Positions 1 through 11,200 of a DNA stretch of 64,000 nt are shown one piece after another; within the stretch, counting starts at the first letter, position 1, and each line of letters opens with the position of its first letter. The DNA is taken from the sequence record NC_048047.1. The stretch is one strand, 5' to 3'. A program made the position numbers and the translations under genes. The notes under the pieces are model-generated. The model searched no databases and was not told the DNA's origin. It was given only the letters and a program-made list of their open reading frames with translations.

Positions 1-2
1 TG

Positions 3-1880
3 GCCGTCGCGCAGCTTCAATCCACCGCCAAGCTGGAGGTCACGACAGACGCGAACCTGAGCGTCTTTCTGGCCAACCCGCCGGCTGGCGACAACGAACT
101 GCGCTGCAACACCTTCGACATGTGGTTGGAGGTCGAGGAGGACATCAATGTCCGCCACGCCCAGCCACTGGTCTTCGGCACCGCGCCCGAGCCTGAAGGG
201 CAGACGGCCGGCGTCCTGGACGCCTGCGATGTGGAGACCTTCTGTGGTCCCTGCGGCGAAGGCGGCTCGGGCAACGGCGGTGGGGGCGAGTTCGACGGTA
301 CCGGCTTTGACATCATCCTTGGCCCCGTCGCCCAGCAAGGCGATGGCTCCTGGGACGGCGCAGCGCCTCTCAACGATTCTACCCCGGTCTCCGAAGCGAT
401 CGACCGGCTGAACGAAATCCTGGGCCGGCTGGTGCCGAGCGCCCCTCCTGAGTTCCCTAACGGGAGCTTGTCGGTGGCCAACGGCTCGGGTTCTTCGCCG
501 CGACTGGCGTCGGGCGTGCCGGACAATTCCGGCGACACGCCCTACGCGGCCGGCGCGAGCGTGACGCGGATCACCGCCTCGGGCGTGACCAGCTTCACGT
601 TCAACGACGTGGGTCCAGGCAACAGCGGCGCCCTCCAGGTCCTGGTCAACGGCGCGATCGCCGCCACCCGGACGCTGACCGGCGCGGACGAAGGCAACTA
701 CGCCGGCTTGGTCATCGCCGATCAGAAGGACTACCCGCCTTCGACGCCGGGCTTCTACAAGTCGCTCGACGCCACGGCCTCCAACGTCGCCGCGCCCGTC
801 GGCGTCAACAAGTTCCAGATGAAGCACACCGGCGCTGGCCAGACCAACGTCGTCTACTTCGTCCGAGACGCCTTTACCGCCTCGCCTGCGGTCAGTGCTC
901 CGTCCCTGGCGCTTCAGAGCCTGGGCACGCTGGCCTACTCCTCGGGCGTGCCGCACTTCGGGACCGGCGGCCAGCTACTGGTCGGAGCCTCGACCAACAA
1001 CTTCGCGGGTGAGACCTACTACGGTGGGTCTGACCCGTTCAGCGTTTCGGGCTCGGGCGGCATCATGTCCACTCAGAGCTTCGGCTACGCGGCCCTGGGC
1101 CTGACGACGCCGTTCGCGCGCAACACCACCGCGACCGCCGCCCTCACGCCCCAGGTCGTCAGCATCAACGGCTCGGTCCACGGCTCTGGGCAGGTCTCGG
1201 GCACGGCGCGCAACGTCAACGGTTCGGGCTCGGCGCTGCTGTCGACGACCACGATCCTGGTCAAGAACGGCGGGGCCGGCGGACGCATCGACGAGAACGC
1301 CGTCACCGTCTCGGGCCTGGGGTCGAGCCCCAACGGCAATATGGCCGTCCGGGTCAAGCTCGGCGCGGGTGACACGCCCGGCGGCGCCTATCAGGCCTGG
1401 GTCTCGGCCGACCCACTCGACACCTGGGAAGCCGCCGTCGTCGCCGGCGTCCTGGCCCACAACCAGACGGACTATACGGCGGGGGTCCTGCCGCAAGGTC
1501 CAGACTACTCGATCGGGCGCAGTGGCGCCCAGTACGTCACCTTCCTGTTCCAGCGCGCGCCGCTGTCGCAGTTCAAGATCGCCGTCACAGGTGCCTATGC
1601 CGGCTGCTGGACCAAGCTGCCCGGCGTGTCCGACGCCACCCCCAACGCCCCGAACGGCTGGTGGAATGGCTTCAAGGCCTATGACGGCGCCGGCGTCCCC
1701 GGCGAAGCAGGCGACCCCGACGCCGGCTGCGCCACGGGCGCGGTCATGACCGGAGGGTCGGGGACCTTCACCATGACCTTCGGCACCCAGTCCTCCACCA
1801 ACGCGACCGGCAACACGATCCTGGTCCGCTTCAAGCTCAACCCAGGGCAGTCGATCACCGCCCTCTCGTTCACCGCCTAA
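3..1880 (+). CDS. Virion-type structural protein, 5' end outside window; paralogue of the C-terminal part of 1890..4070
   Basis: The frame of ORF 120..1880 is open back to the window edge, with strong GC3 codon bias. It shares long blocks (e.g. GPDYSIGRSGAQY, AGCWTKLPGVS, WWNGFKAYDGAGVPGEAGDP) with the next gene. Confidence 0.8.
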   Translation, partial: AVAQLQSTAKLEVTTDANLSVFLANPPAGDNELRCNTFDMWLEVEEDINVRHAQPLVFGTAPEPEGQTAGVLDACDVETFCGPCGEGGSGNGGGGEFDGTGFDIILGPVAQQGDGSWDGAAPLNDSTPVSEAIDRLNEILGRLVPSAPPEFPNGSLSVANGSGSSPRLASGVPDNSGDTPYAAGASVTRITASGVTSFTFNDVGPGNSGALQVLVNGAIAATRTLTGADEGNYAGLVIADQKDYPPSTPGFYKSLDATASNVAAPVGVNKFQMKHTGAGQTNVVYFVRDAFTASPAVSAPSLALQSLGTLAYSSGVPHFGTGGQLLVGASTNNFAGETYYGGSDPFSVSGSGGIMSTQSFGYAALGLTTPFARNTTATAALTPQVVSINGSVHGSGQVSGTARNVNGSGSALLSTTTILVKNGGAGGRIDENAVTVSGLGSSPNGNMAVRVKLGAGDTPGGAYQAWVSADPLDTWEAAVVAGVLAHNQTDYTAGVLPQGPDYSIGRSGAQYVTFLFQRAPLSQFKIAVTGAYAGCWTKLPGVSDATPNAPNGWWNGFKAYDGAGVPGEAGDPDAGCATGAVMTGGSGTFTMTFGTQSSTNATGNTILVRFKLNPGQSITALSFTA

Positions 1881-1889
1881 GGACAGCCA

Positions 1890-4070
1890 GTGGCCATCAG
1901 TGACAGCGAAAAGGTCGACTTCCTCTGGAAGAAGATCATCTACGGCGCCACCAAGACGGCGAGCCCGGCCAACAAGGCTGGCTCGAACGAAGCCATCCCC
2001 TCGCCGGTGGTGGCCTTCTCCGACTACGTCTGGACGCAGTCGAACTTGATCCCGCTGAGCCCGCCCACCGACAGCACGCCGATCGTGGAGGTCTGGACGG
2101 GTCCTGAGCGGATCAAGATGACCAACGACCCGACGTCGCCGGTCAACCAGTCCTGGCTGGCCACTATTCTGCCCCCGGACCTGACCAGCCGCATCGGTGA
2201 CTTCGTGCCGCCGGCCTTTGGCACCGGCTATGCTGTCAAGGTCTTCATCGGCGACCCTTCGACGGGACCCGCCGCGCGTATCTTCCCCGAGACGACCAAC
2301 GAAGAGTGGGTGTTCGACTACTCGGCCGGCGTCCTCAACTTCCCCAACGCGATTCCCGCGTCCAAGACCGCCACGATCGGGACGGGCACGGTGACCGTGG
2401 GCGCCAACGGCATCTACGTCGAAGGCTTCCAGTACATCGGCAAGACCGGCGGCGGGGCCGGCGAACTCGTCATCGAGAGTGGCTATGACCTGCCCCTGGG
2501 CGAGACGGCGACGGCCGGCGACGGCTCCTGGACCGACGGCGCCATCCCGCTGAGCGACGACACCAAGGTCTCCGAGGCCATCGACCAGTTGAACGAGGTC
2601 CTGGGCCTGCTGGTCCCAGCCCAGCCGCCGGCCTTCCCCAACGCGGCGCTGAGCGTCTCCAACGGCACGGGCAACACCCCGCGTCTGGCCACGGGCGTGA
2701 CCGACAACTCGGGCACCTCGACGATCACCGCCGGCTCGGCCGTCACCCGCATCACCGCCTCGGGCGTCTCGTCCAACACCTATAACGACGTCGGTCCCGG
2801 CAAGGGCGGCAACTTGGCGCTCCAGGTCAATGGCGCGATCGTGGGTCAGCGCGCCCTGGTGGGTACGGGCGACAACGGGACCTACAATGGCCTCGTCATC
2901 GCCGACCAGAAGGATTTCCCAGTCGCCACGCCCGGCTTCTGGAAGTCGATCGACATCTCGGTCAACCTCGCGACCGCTGTCGATGGCGTCAACAGCTTCC
3001 AGCTTCAGCACAGCGGCGCGGGCTCCACCGCCGTCGTCTACTTCGTCAAGGACAACCTGACCGCCGCGCCGGCGCTCTCGACGACCTCGGTCATTGAGCA
3101 GTCGGCCGGGTCGGTCGCCTATTCCTCCTCGGTGCCCCACTACAACACCGGCGCGGCCCTGACCGTCGCCGCCTCGATGAGCAATCTGGCGGGCGAGACC
3201 TACTACGGCGGGACCGACCCGCTGACCATCACCGGCACCAACAGCATCATCGCCGCCCAGACCTTCGACTACACTACCCTGGGCGTGACCACGCCGATCG
3301 CGCGTCAGACCACTACGCCTGTGGCTCTGACCCCGGTCACCGTCCAGATCAACGGCTCCAACGTCCACGCCTCGGGCACCATCCAGGGCTCGGGCAAGAA
3401 CGCGGCGGGTCAGTCGACGGCGGGCAACATGGCCGCCACCATCATCAACGTCAAGCGCGGCAGCGCCGGCGCGCGCATTGACGAGATGAGCATCCCGGTC
3501 TCGGGCCTGGGCTCGCTACCTAACGCCAACAACGCCGTGCGCGTCTCGGCCGGCGCGGGCGACACGCCCACCGGTTCGACCACCGCCTGGAACCCCGCCA
3601 ACGCCCTGGCCAGCCATGAGGCGGCTGTCGTGGGCGGCGCGCTCAAGCACGACCAGACCAACTACTCGATCAATGTGCTGCCGATCGGCCCTGACCTGTC
3701 GGTTGGCCGCAGCGGCGCCCAGTACGCCACCTTCAGCTTCAACCGCTCCGCGCGCTCGGGCTTCAAGATCGTCATCAACGGCGCCTATGCCGGCTGCTGG
3801 GTCAAGCTGCCGGGCGTGTCGACCGCACAACCCAACGCGCCGGGCGGCTGGTGGAACGCCTTCCAGGCCTATGACGGCGCCGGCATCCCCGGCGAAGCTG
3901 GCGACCCCAACGCAGGCTGCGCCACCGGCGCGGTCATGAACGGCGGCGCGGGCACCTTTGCGATCACCTTCGGGACCGAGTCGTCGACCAACGCCACGGG
4001 CAACGAAATCCTCGTCCGCCTCAAGCTGAACCCAGGCCAAACGGTCACGGCGCTCAGCTTCACCAACTAA
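1890..4070 (+). CDS. Virion-type structural protein (726 aa): N module like 4086..4778, C module like 3..1880
   Basis: ORF with GGA-type RBS, Thr/Gly/Ser/Ala-rich beta-type composition and internal paralogy. Confidence 0.85.
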   Translation: MAISDSEKVDFLWKKIIYGATKTASPANKAGSNEAIPSPVVAFSDYVWTQSNLIPLSPPTDSTPIVEVWTGPERIKMTNDPTSPVNQSWLATILPPDLTSRIGDFVPPAFGTGYAVKVFIGDPSTGPAARIFPETTNEEWVFDYSAGVLNFPNAIPASKTATIGTGTVTVGANGIYVEGFQYIGKTGGGAGELVIESGYDLPLGETATAGDGSWTDGAIPLSDDTKVSEAIDQLNEVLGLLVPAQPPAFPNAALSVSNGTGNTPRLATGVTDNSGTSTITAGSAVTRITASGVSSNTYNDVGPGKGGNLALQVNGAIVGQRALVGTGDNGTYNGLVIADQKDFPVATPGFWKSIDISVNLATAVDGVNSFQLQHSGAGSTAVVYFVKDNLTAAPALSTTSVIEQSAGSVAYSSSVPHYNTGAALTVAASMSNLAGETYYGGTDPLTITGTNSIIAAQTFDYTTLGVTTPIARQTTTPVALTPVTVQINGSNVHASGTIQGSGKNAAGQSTAGNMAATIINVKRGSAGARIDEMSIPVSGLGSLPNANNAVRVSAGAGDTPTGSTTAWNPANALASHEAAVVGGALKHDQTNYSINVLPIGPDLSVGRSGAQYATFSFNRSARSGFKIVINGAYAGCWVKLPGVSTAQPNAPGGWWNAFQAYDGAGIPGEAGDPNAGCATGAVMNGGAGTFAITFGTESSTNATGNEILVRLKLNPGQTVTALSFTN

Positions 4071-4085
4071 GAGAGGCCAGCGCCC

Positions 4086-4778
4086 ATGGCCATCTCGCTC
4101 GACCAGAAGGTCGACTTCCTCTGGAAGCGCTTGATCTACTCGGTCACCAAGACCGGGACGGCCGATGACAAGGCCGGCTCCAACGAGAGCATCGCGTCTC
4201 CGATCACGATCACGGTCTCCGACATCTGGAACGATGTCGACCTGATCACCGCAGCGCCCCCGGTCGCCGACACGACCGCGATCAAGGTCCTCACCGGCGC
4301 AAGCCGCCTCCGGGGCACCAGCGATCCCACGGCGCAGCCCAACTTCACCTGGATCGCCACCGCAACCTTTGGTGACGTCTCCTCCAGGCAGAAGGACTTC
4401 GTGCCGGCCAGCTTCGGCTCCGGCTACGCGGTCAAGGTCTACATCGGCGATCCGTCGACGGGACCCGCTGCCCGCATCTTCCCCGATACCACGGGTGAAG
4501 AGTGGGTCTTCGACTACGCCGCTGGCGTACTGAACTTCGCCGGAACAGTTCCGGCCAATAAAACCGCCACGATCGGAAGTGGAACGGTCTCGGTTGCCAG
4601 TAATGGCATCTACTTCGAGGCCTACCAGTACATCGGTGGAAAGGGCGGCAAGGCAGGCGTCAATCCCGAAGACCTCGGGACGATGGCCTACCAAGACTCC
4701 GACGACGTCAATATCACCGGTGGCACGATTTCCGATGCCACTTTCATCAACGTCACCATTGATGGTGGCACCTTCTAA
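4086..4778 (+). CDS. Virion-type structural protein (230 aa), paralogue of the N-terminus of 1890..4070
   Basis: MAISLDQKVDFLWK vs MAISDSEKVDFLWK; shared GYAVKV.IGDPSTGPAARIFP.T..EEWVFDY block. Confidence 0.85.
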   Translation: MAISLDQKVDFLWKRLIYSVTKTGTADDKAGSNESIASPITITVSDIWNDVDLITAAPPVADTTAIKVLTGASRLRGTSDPTAQPNFTWIATATFGDVSSRQKDFVPASFGSGYAVKVYIGDPSTGPAARIFPDTTGEEWVFDYAAGVLNFAGTVPANKTATIGSGTVSVASNGIYFEAYQYIGGKGGKAGVNPEDLGTMAYQDSDDVNITGGTISDATFINVTIDGGTF

Positions 4779-4793
4779 AGAGGAACTGCCGTA

Positions 4794-5210
4794 ATGGCTT
4801 CGCTCGTCTACAACTCGATGCTGGACGATCTCGTCAAGGGCGCGATCAACTTCAACAGCGACACCTTCAAGGTCATGCTGGTGACTTCGGCTTACACGCC
4901 GAACAAGGACACCCACACCCGCAAGAACCAAGTCACCAACGAAGTGACCGGCACCGGCTACACCGCCGGCGGGCAGGCTTCGGCTGTGACCATCACCTCC
5001 GACACCACCAACGACCGCGAAGACCTGTCCTTCGCCACCGTGACCTGGACGTCGGCGACGATCACCGCGCGCGCCGCCGTGATCTACAAGGACACCGGCA
5101 CGGCCTCGACGAGCCCGCTCGTCGCCTATGTCGACTTTGGTTCGGACGTCTCGTCCACGAACGCCAACTTCGCCGTGTCGTTCTCCAGCCCGCTGCGCTT
5201 CCAGAACTAA
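4794..5210 (+). CDS. Conserved phage structural hypothetical protein (138 aa)
   Basis: GAGGA RBS. The DTFKVMLVTSAYTP...EVTGTGYTAGG...TWTSATITARAAVIYK pattern is recognised from phage virion modules. Confidence 0.8.
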   Translation: MASLVYNSMLDDLVKGAINFNSDTFKVMLVTSAYTPNKDTHTRKNQVTNEVTGTGYTAGGQASAVTITSDTTNDREDLSFATVTWTSATITARAAVIYKDTGTASTSPLVAYVDFGSDVSSTNANFAVSFSSPLRFQN

Positions 5211-5275
5211 GCGCGACCTGATGGCGGCGCCTATGGGCGTCGCCACGGTCTCTTCCGCTCCTCCAGGACCCCTCC

Positions 5276-8200
5276 TTGGCCAACCTTGATCTCAACACGC
5301 CCGTCTCCGCCACCTACACAGGTGCGTCGGCGTCGTACGTCGCGACGTCGGATGGTCAGGTCACGCTCCACATGTGGGGCGGCGCGGGCGCGGGCGGTTA
5401 CTATTCGGCCGGCAATGGTGTCGCCAATCGCTATGGCGGCTCGGGCGGCTACGCCACCGTCCGCTTCATGGTCAAGGTCGGCGACGTCGTCGACGTCGAA
5501 GTCGGGCAAGGCGGGCAGGTCGCGGCAGGTTCGGCCACCACGGCGGCGAATGGCGGCGCTGGTGGCTGGCCTGATGGGGGTTACGGCGGCAAGTCGTCGT
5601 CCGTCAGCCCATCCTCGATCGGCTTTGGCGGCGGCGGCGGGTCGACCCGTGTCTACCTCAATAGTGAACTGGTCGCGGTGGCGGGCGGTGGTGGTGGCGC
5701 CACGGGTTTCTATTCCGGCGGCAACGGCGGCCACGTCAACGGCATGCAGTCGACCGACGCCTCTTCGGGCGCGGGCGGCACTCAATTTGCCGGGGGCGTC
5801 GCAGGCTCGGGCACCCTGGCCATCCAGAGCGGCTCCTATTTCAAGGGTGGCGCAGGCGGTGCATCGTCCTCGACGGCGCATGCGTTTGCTGGCGGCGGCG
5901 GTGGTGGCGGCTACTATGGTGGCGCCTCCAACGGCGGCGGCTCGGGCGCGCACGGCTCTGGTGGCGGCGGCTCGGGCTGGCTCAACCAGGACACCATCTA
6001 TACGGGCCGCCTGCGCTCTGGCCCGCAGGACAATGCTGGCACGCCGTACGATGTGCCGGGGATTCGACCCGCCGGTGTCGCGCAAGGCGGCACCAACGTT
6101 TTGGCGGCCGGGAACTGGGCCTCGATCACGCCCGGCGGCAATGGCTTTGTCTATCTGGCGCTGACCGATCCTTCCGACGGTGCTCCTGACCTTCCGACCG
6201 GCTCCACTCAGGTCGACTATAGCGGCGCCCGGCAGGTCTACAAGGTCGCCAACATCTGCTCGGTCGACTTCGAACTGTGGGGCGGCGGCGGCGGCGGCGG
6301 CTTCTATACCTCGGGTGGCAACGCCGCGCGCTGGGGCGGCGCGGCCGGCTACACCAAGCTTACGCGCGTCTTCTATCCTGGCGACCTTATCGAAATCGAG
6401 GTTGCCCAGGGTGGTCAATCGCCGTCTGGGGTTAGCCAGACGGGCGGCGCGGGCGGCTGGCCCAACGGCGGCGACGGCGGGCGGCCAACGGCAGGCACGC
6501 CAAACTTCGGCGGCGGCGGCGGCTCCACCAACATCTATGTCAACGGTCGCTTGCTGGCTGTCGCCGCTGGCGGCGGCGGCTCCACGGGCTTTTACTACGG
6601 CGGCAACGGTGGAGGCCGCTATGGTCTCCAGTCGACCGACGCCACCGCCGCCAACGGCACGGCGGGCACCTGGGGCGGGATCAACACCACCTCCAGCGCC
6701 AACCGTGGCTACTACATGTTCGGAGGCCACGGGTCTCCGTTGGAATCTTCGACGATCGCCACGGCCTTGGCAGGGGCAGGCGGCGGCGGCGGCTATTTTG
6801 GCGGCGGCGGCGCCAAGGGCGGCTCGGGCACGCACGGCTCGGGAGGCGGCGGCTGCGGCTATGTCTCCGGCGACAACACCTACAATCGCGACATGCAGCT
6901 TGGTGTGGCGGGCACGGGCCAGCCCTACACCGGCTCCAACAAGCCCGCTGGCGTCGGCGTAGGCGGCACGGGCGGCTCCTCGGCGGGCACGTCCTCGGCC
7001 GGCGGCAATGGCTGCTGCCTGATGACCATGTCGGTGATCACGCCCGCCACCTTGCCGACCACCAAGACCGCCACCGTCTTCACCGGCGCGGCCGAGCACT
7101 TCATCGCGGGTTCTGGCGGCGTCCTGGCTGTCAAGCTGTGGGGCGCGGGCGCGGCGGGCGGCGTGCGCGCCTCGGGCACCCTGCAACGCGGCGGTGGTGG
7201 CGGCTTCCTGCAAATCGACTTCATCAAGATCAAGACCGGCGATCTGGTCACCTTCGTCACCGGCGAGGGTGGTAAGGGCATGCCTGGAGGCACCCTGGGC
7301 GGTCGAGGCGGCTGGCCCAATGGTGAAGGCGGCAACGCCGCCGACGCCACGGGCGGTAGCGGTGGTGGTGGCGGGTCCTCGCACGTCTATGTGAACGGCG
7401 TGCTTGTCGGCGTGTCCGGCGGCGGCGGCGGCGGCTCGATCTCGTTCTCGGGCGCGACCGCTGGCCTTACGTCCTATCCGCCCAGCAGCGACAACTTCAA
7501 CGTCAACGGCTCCAGTCTGACGATCGGCGGCTGGTCGCCCCAGCGCGGCGCCGAGGGCAACAACCGTGGCGTCTTCATGCTGGGTGGCATGGGGCAGATC
7601 GACGGCAACCTCACGATCGACACGCCCAACAACCTCTGCGGCGGTGGCGGCGGCGGCGGATATTACGGCGGTCCAGGCGCGGTTCCCCTGAACTCGCGAT
7701 ACCAAGGCGGCGGTCCTGGCACGACCTATATCGCGCCGGGTTACAAGGGCACGGCGATTCAAGGCGCCGCAGCAGGCTCCAACATCTCCGACGCCGATTG
7801 GGGCAACAGCGCCAGCGTCGGCGGCCAAGGGGCGAACGCCAGTGGCAACTCCGTCTTGAATGGCGGCCACGGGCGGATCGTCTATGAGTTCACCGCCGCC
7901 CCCAATCTGGACGAAAGCATTGTCACCGCCGTGCCGGTGCAGAGCAACGTCCAGCACTATGTCGCGGCCAACGACGGCAACCTCGTGCTCAACGCCTGGG
8001 GGGCGGGCGGCGGCGGCTCGATGATCACCAATGGTGGTGGCGGTGAACGCGGCGGCGGCGGCGGCTACGCCGCAGGCACCATCGCCGTCAAGAAGGGCCA
8101 GATCATCAGCTTCTACAACGGTAGAGGCGGTGGCGGGGCCAACTACACCAGCGGCGCATCGGGCTCGTTCGTCGGCTCGGGCGGCGCGGGCGGCTGGCCA

Positions 8201-11200
8201 GACGGTGGCGTGGGCGGCTTCAACTCCGCCATGATCGCCGGCGGCGGCGGCGGCTCCTCGCGGGTCTATGTCGACAACGTCCTGATGATGGTCGCAGGCG
8301 CCGGCGGCGGCCTGGGCGATGGCACGACCACGCGCACGCCCGGCGGCGGCGGCGGTACGACCGGGGGCACTTCTGACGCGCCCTCTGGCCAAAACAACGG
8401 CGGCTTCCAGTATCGAGGGGGCTTTGCCACCGGGACTGCGGCCAAGATCATCGACGCGACCTCGTCGGGTAGCTGGTTCCGAGGCGGTTCGGGTTTCCCG
8501 GCGGGCGGCGCGGCCAACGTCTCCAATGCGGGGGCTGGCGGTGGAGGTGGCGGCGGCCTCTACGGCGGTGCGGGTTCGGGTAACGCCAGCGTCTTCATCG
8601 GCGGTGGCGGTGGCTCGGGCTTCATTGCCGACGGCTGGGGCGTCATCGATGCCGATCGCTACGCCGCCTATACCGGTGCTCAGTGGAGCTTCGAAACCGG
8701 CACGATGGCCGATGACGGCCGCTCGGTCGATACGATCCTGCTCGACACCGCGCCGACCACGACTTCCAGCGGACCTCGTTACGGCACGGCCTGTGGCAAC
8801 TTCCCTGGCACTGGGCACCTTACCGCGCCCTTGCCGCGTATTATTGGCACGCAGGACTTCACGATCGAGGGATGGTTCAGTCCGACCTCGATCGCGACGG
8901 GTGTGTTGTTCACGATCGGCGACCAGAGCATCAACGGCCTGTCGCTGCACTACTATCCCGAAACGACGACGCTTGGCCTGCGTTACAACAACAACGGCAC
9001 GGGCGCCAACGATCTCAAGTACACCGATTCGGCGCGTCAAGCGGCCGTTTGGGCGCACTATGCCGTGGTCCGCGATGTCAATGGCACGCGCGTTTACAAG
9101 AATGGCGTTCTAGTCTCCAATATTGGCGGCGCGCCCGTCGCCATGACGGCCACGACCGTCACGATCGGCAACTACAACGCTGTCGCGGGCGCGTCCACGC
9201 GCTTCAACGGCAAGGTTGACGAATTCCGCGTCACCATCGGCGTCGCGCGTTATCGTCAGAACTTCAAGCCGGTCCCGCTCCGCAACACCTTCTCGCAAAT
9301 CCCGACCCTGACGACCCTCACCCAGGGCACGAACGGCGTCACGGGCCAGCCGGCGGGCACGGCGGTCTCCGGCTATATCTCCGGCCGTGGCGTGGGCGCG
9401 CAGACGCGCCAGTCGGTCGGCAACGGCAATACGGGCGGCGACGGGCAGATCAACTACTTCGTGGCCACCTCGACGGTGGCCGCGTCGGGACCGATTGGCA
9501 CCGTCCTCGTCAACGGCTTTGATGCCGTCGCGGGCGCCTCCTACGACTTGCCGCCCGCGCCCGGCGTGGTGGTTGAGTCTTTCGCCTCGGTGCGCACCAG
9601 CTACATGGCGGTCACGCCAGGGCAGACGCGCGTTCGGGTCGAGATGTGGGGCGCGGGCGGCGGGGGCTGCTCTGGCAACAGCAGTCTGACGACCAACGGC
9701 GGCGGCGGCGGCGGTTACACCGTCTATGAAGTTGACCTCAATCAGTACGACCGCATCACGGTCCAGACGCCCTCGGGCGGCGGCGGCGCGGTCGACGCCA
9801 ACGGCACCGGTCCTGGGGGTTTTGGCGGTTACCCTAACGGTGGCAAGGGCTACCGGCCAGCGACGACAACCTTCAACGGCGGCGGCGGCGGCTCGGCGCA
9901 GCTTTGGGTGCAAGGCGCGCTCGCGGCCGTCGCGGGTGGGGGTGGTGGCGGTTCCTACGGGAGCGTGGCGTCCGATTATCGCGGTGGCGCGGGGGGTGGC
10001 GCCACGGGTGAGAACGGCTTCAATGACCTGAACGGCGGCGGCTCGCAGTCGACGGGTGGTTACGGCTCTGGCAATGGTCAGGCCGGCAGCTATCTGCAAG
10101 GTGGCCAAGGCGGCGTCAGCGAAGGCATCGCGGGTAACGGGTCTGGGGGCGGCGGCGGCTATTACGGCGGCGGTGGCGGCGGCCCTGGCTTTGGCGGGAG
10201 CGGCGCGGGCGCGGGCTCCGGCTTTGTAAATCTGACCATTCCGGGCTACCGCACCGGCTCGACGGTTGGCGGTTCGGGCAACCTGCCGGGCAACACGACC
10301 TCGCCTAACTACGTGGCGGGCATCGGCGTAGGCTCGAACGGCAAGGGCGGAGCGCGCCTGCACGGCGGCAACGGCCGGATCGTCATCTCGGTCATCACCC
10401 CGACGCCGGCTGCGGTTTCGGGTGACATCGGCACGGTCAATGTCATTGCACCGCCGACTGTCGGCTATATCACCGGCACGCCGCGCGGCAATATCGGCAC
10501 GATCCAGGTTGTGCCGCCGGTCGGCCAGTACGGCTTCCCGGCGAACATCAACGCGCCGCTGCCGACGGTCACGATCAATCCGATCGAGTCCAACCCGACG
10601 ACCAGCGCCCTGGTCATCGTCCCGATCAACGATAGCACCTCGATCACGATCACCGGCGTTGAGCCGGCGCCGTTCCACGTCGATGGTGAGGGCACGGGCG
10701 AGACGCCGCCGATCCTGGTGGTTTCGCCAGAACCGACGGTGCTCATTCCCGGCGGGGCCGCCGGTTCGTTGGTGGACATCACCATCGAACCGCCCTTGGC
10801 GGTCGTCAACGTCATCGAGCCGGTCTATGCCTTCGGTGACATTGGCACGATCACCATCGAGCCTCTACTGGGCGAGACCGACGTCAACAATGACGTCTTC
10901 CCGTCGGGCAACATCGGCACGATTCTGGCGATCGCGCCAGAAGGCGTCGCCGAGCCCGGCCCGCCCAATGTCATCGGCGACCTGAAGACGATCGCGGTCG
11001 TCGCGCCTGAAGGCGCGGCGCGCGCCGGCGCGTCCATCACTGGCGACTTTGTCGACGTTCTGGTCATTGCGCCCGAAGCGGGCGTGGATGGCAATGCGCT
11101 GGGCGACCTCGACTTCATGTCGGTTCAGGTCGTGCCGCCCCTGGTCTCGGTCAGCGTCTTCCAGGACGGCGAGACCAACATCTACGCCGATCCGGGCATC

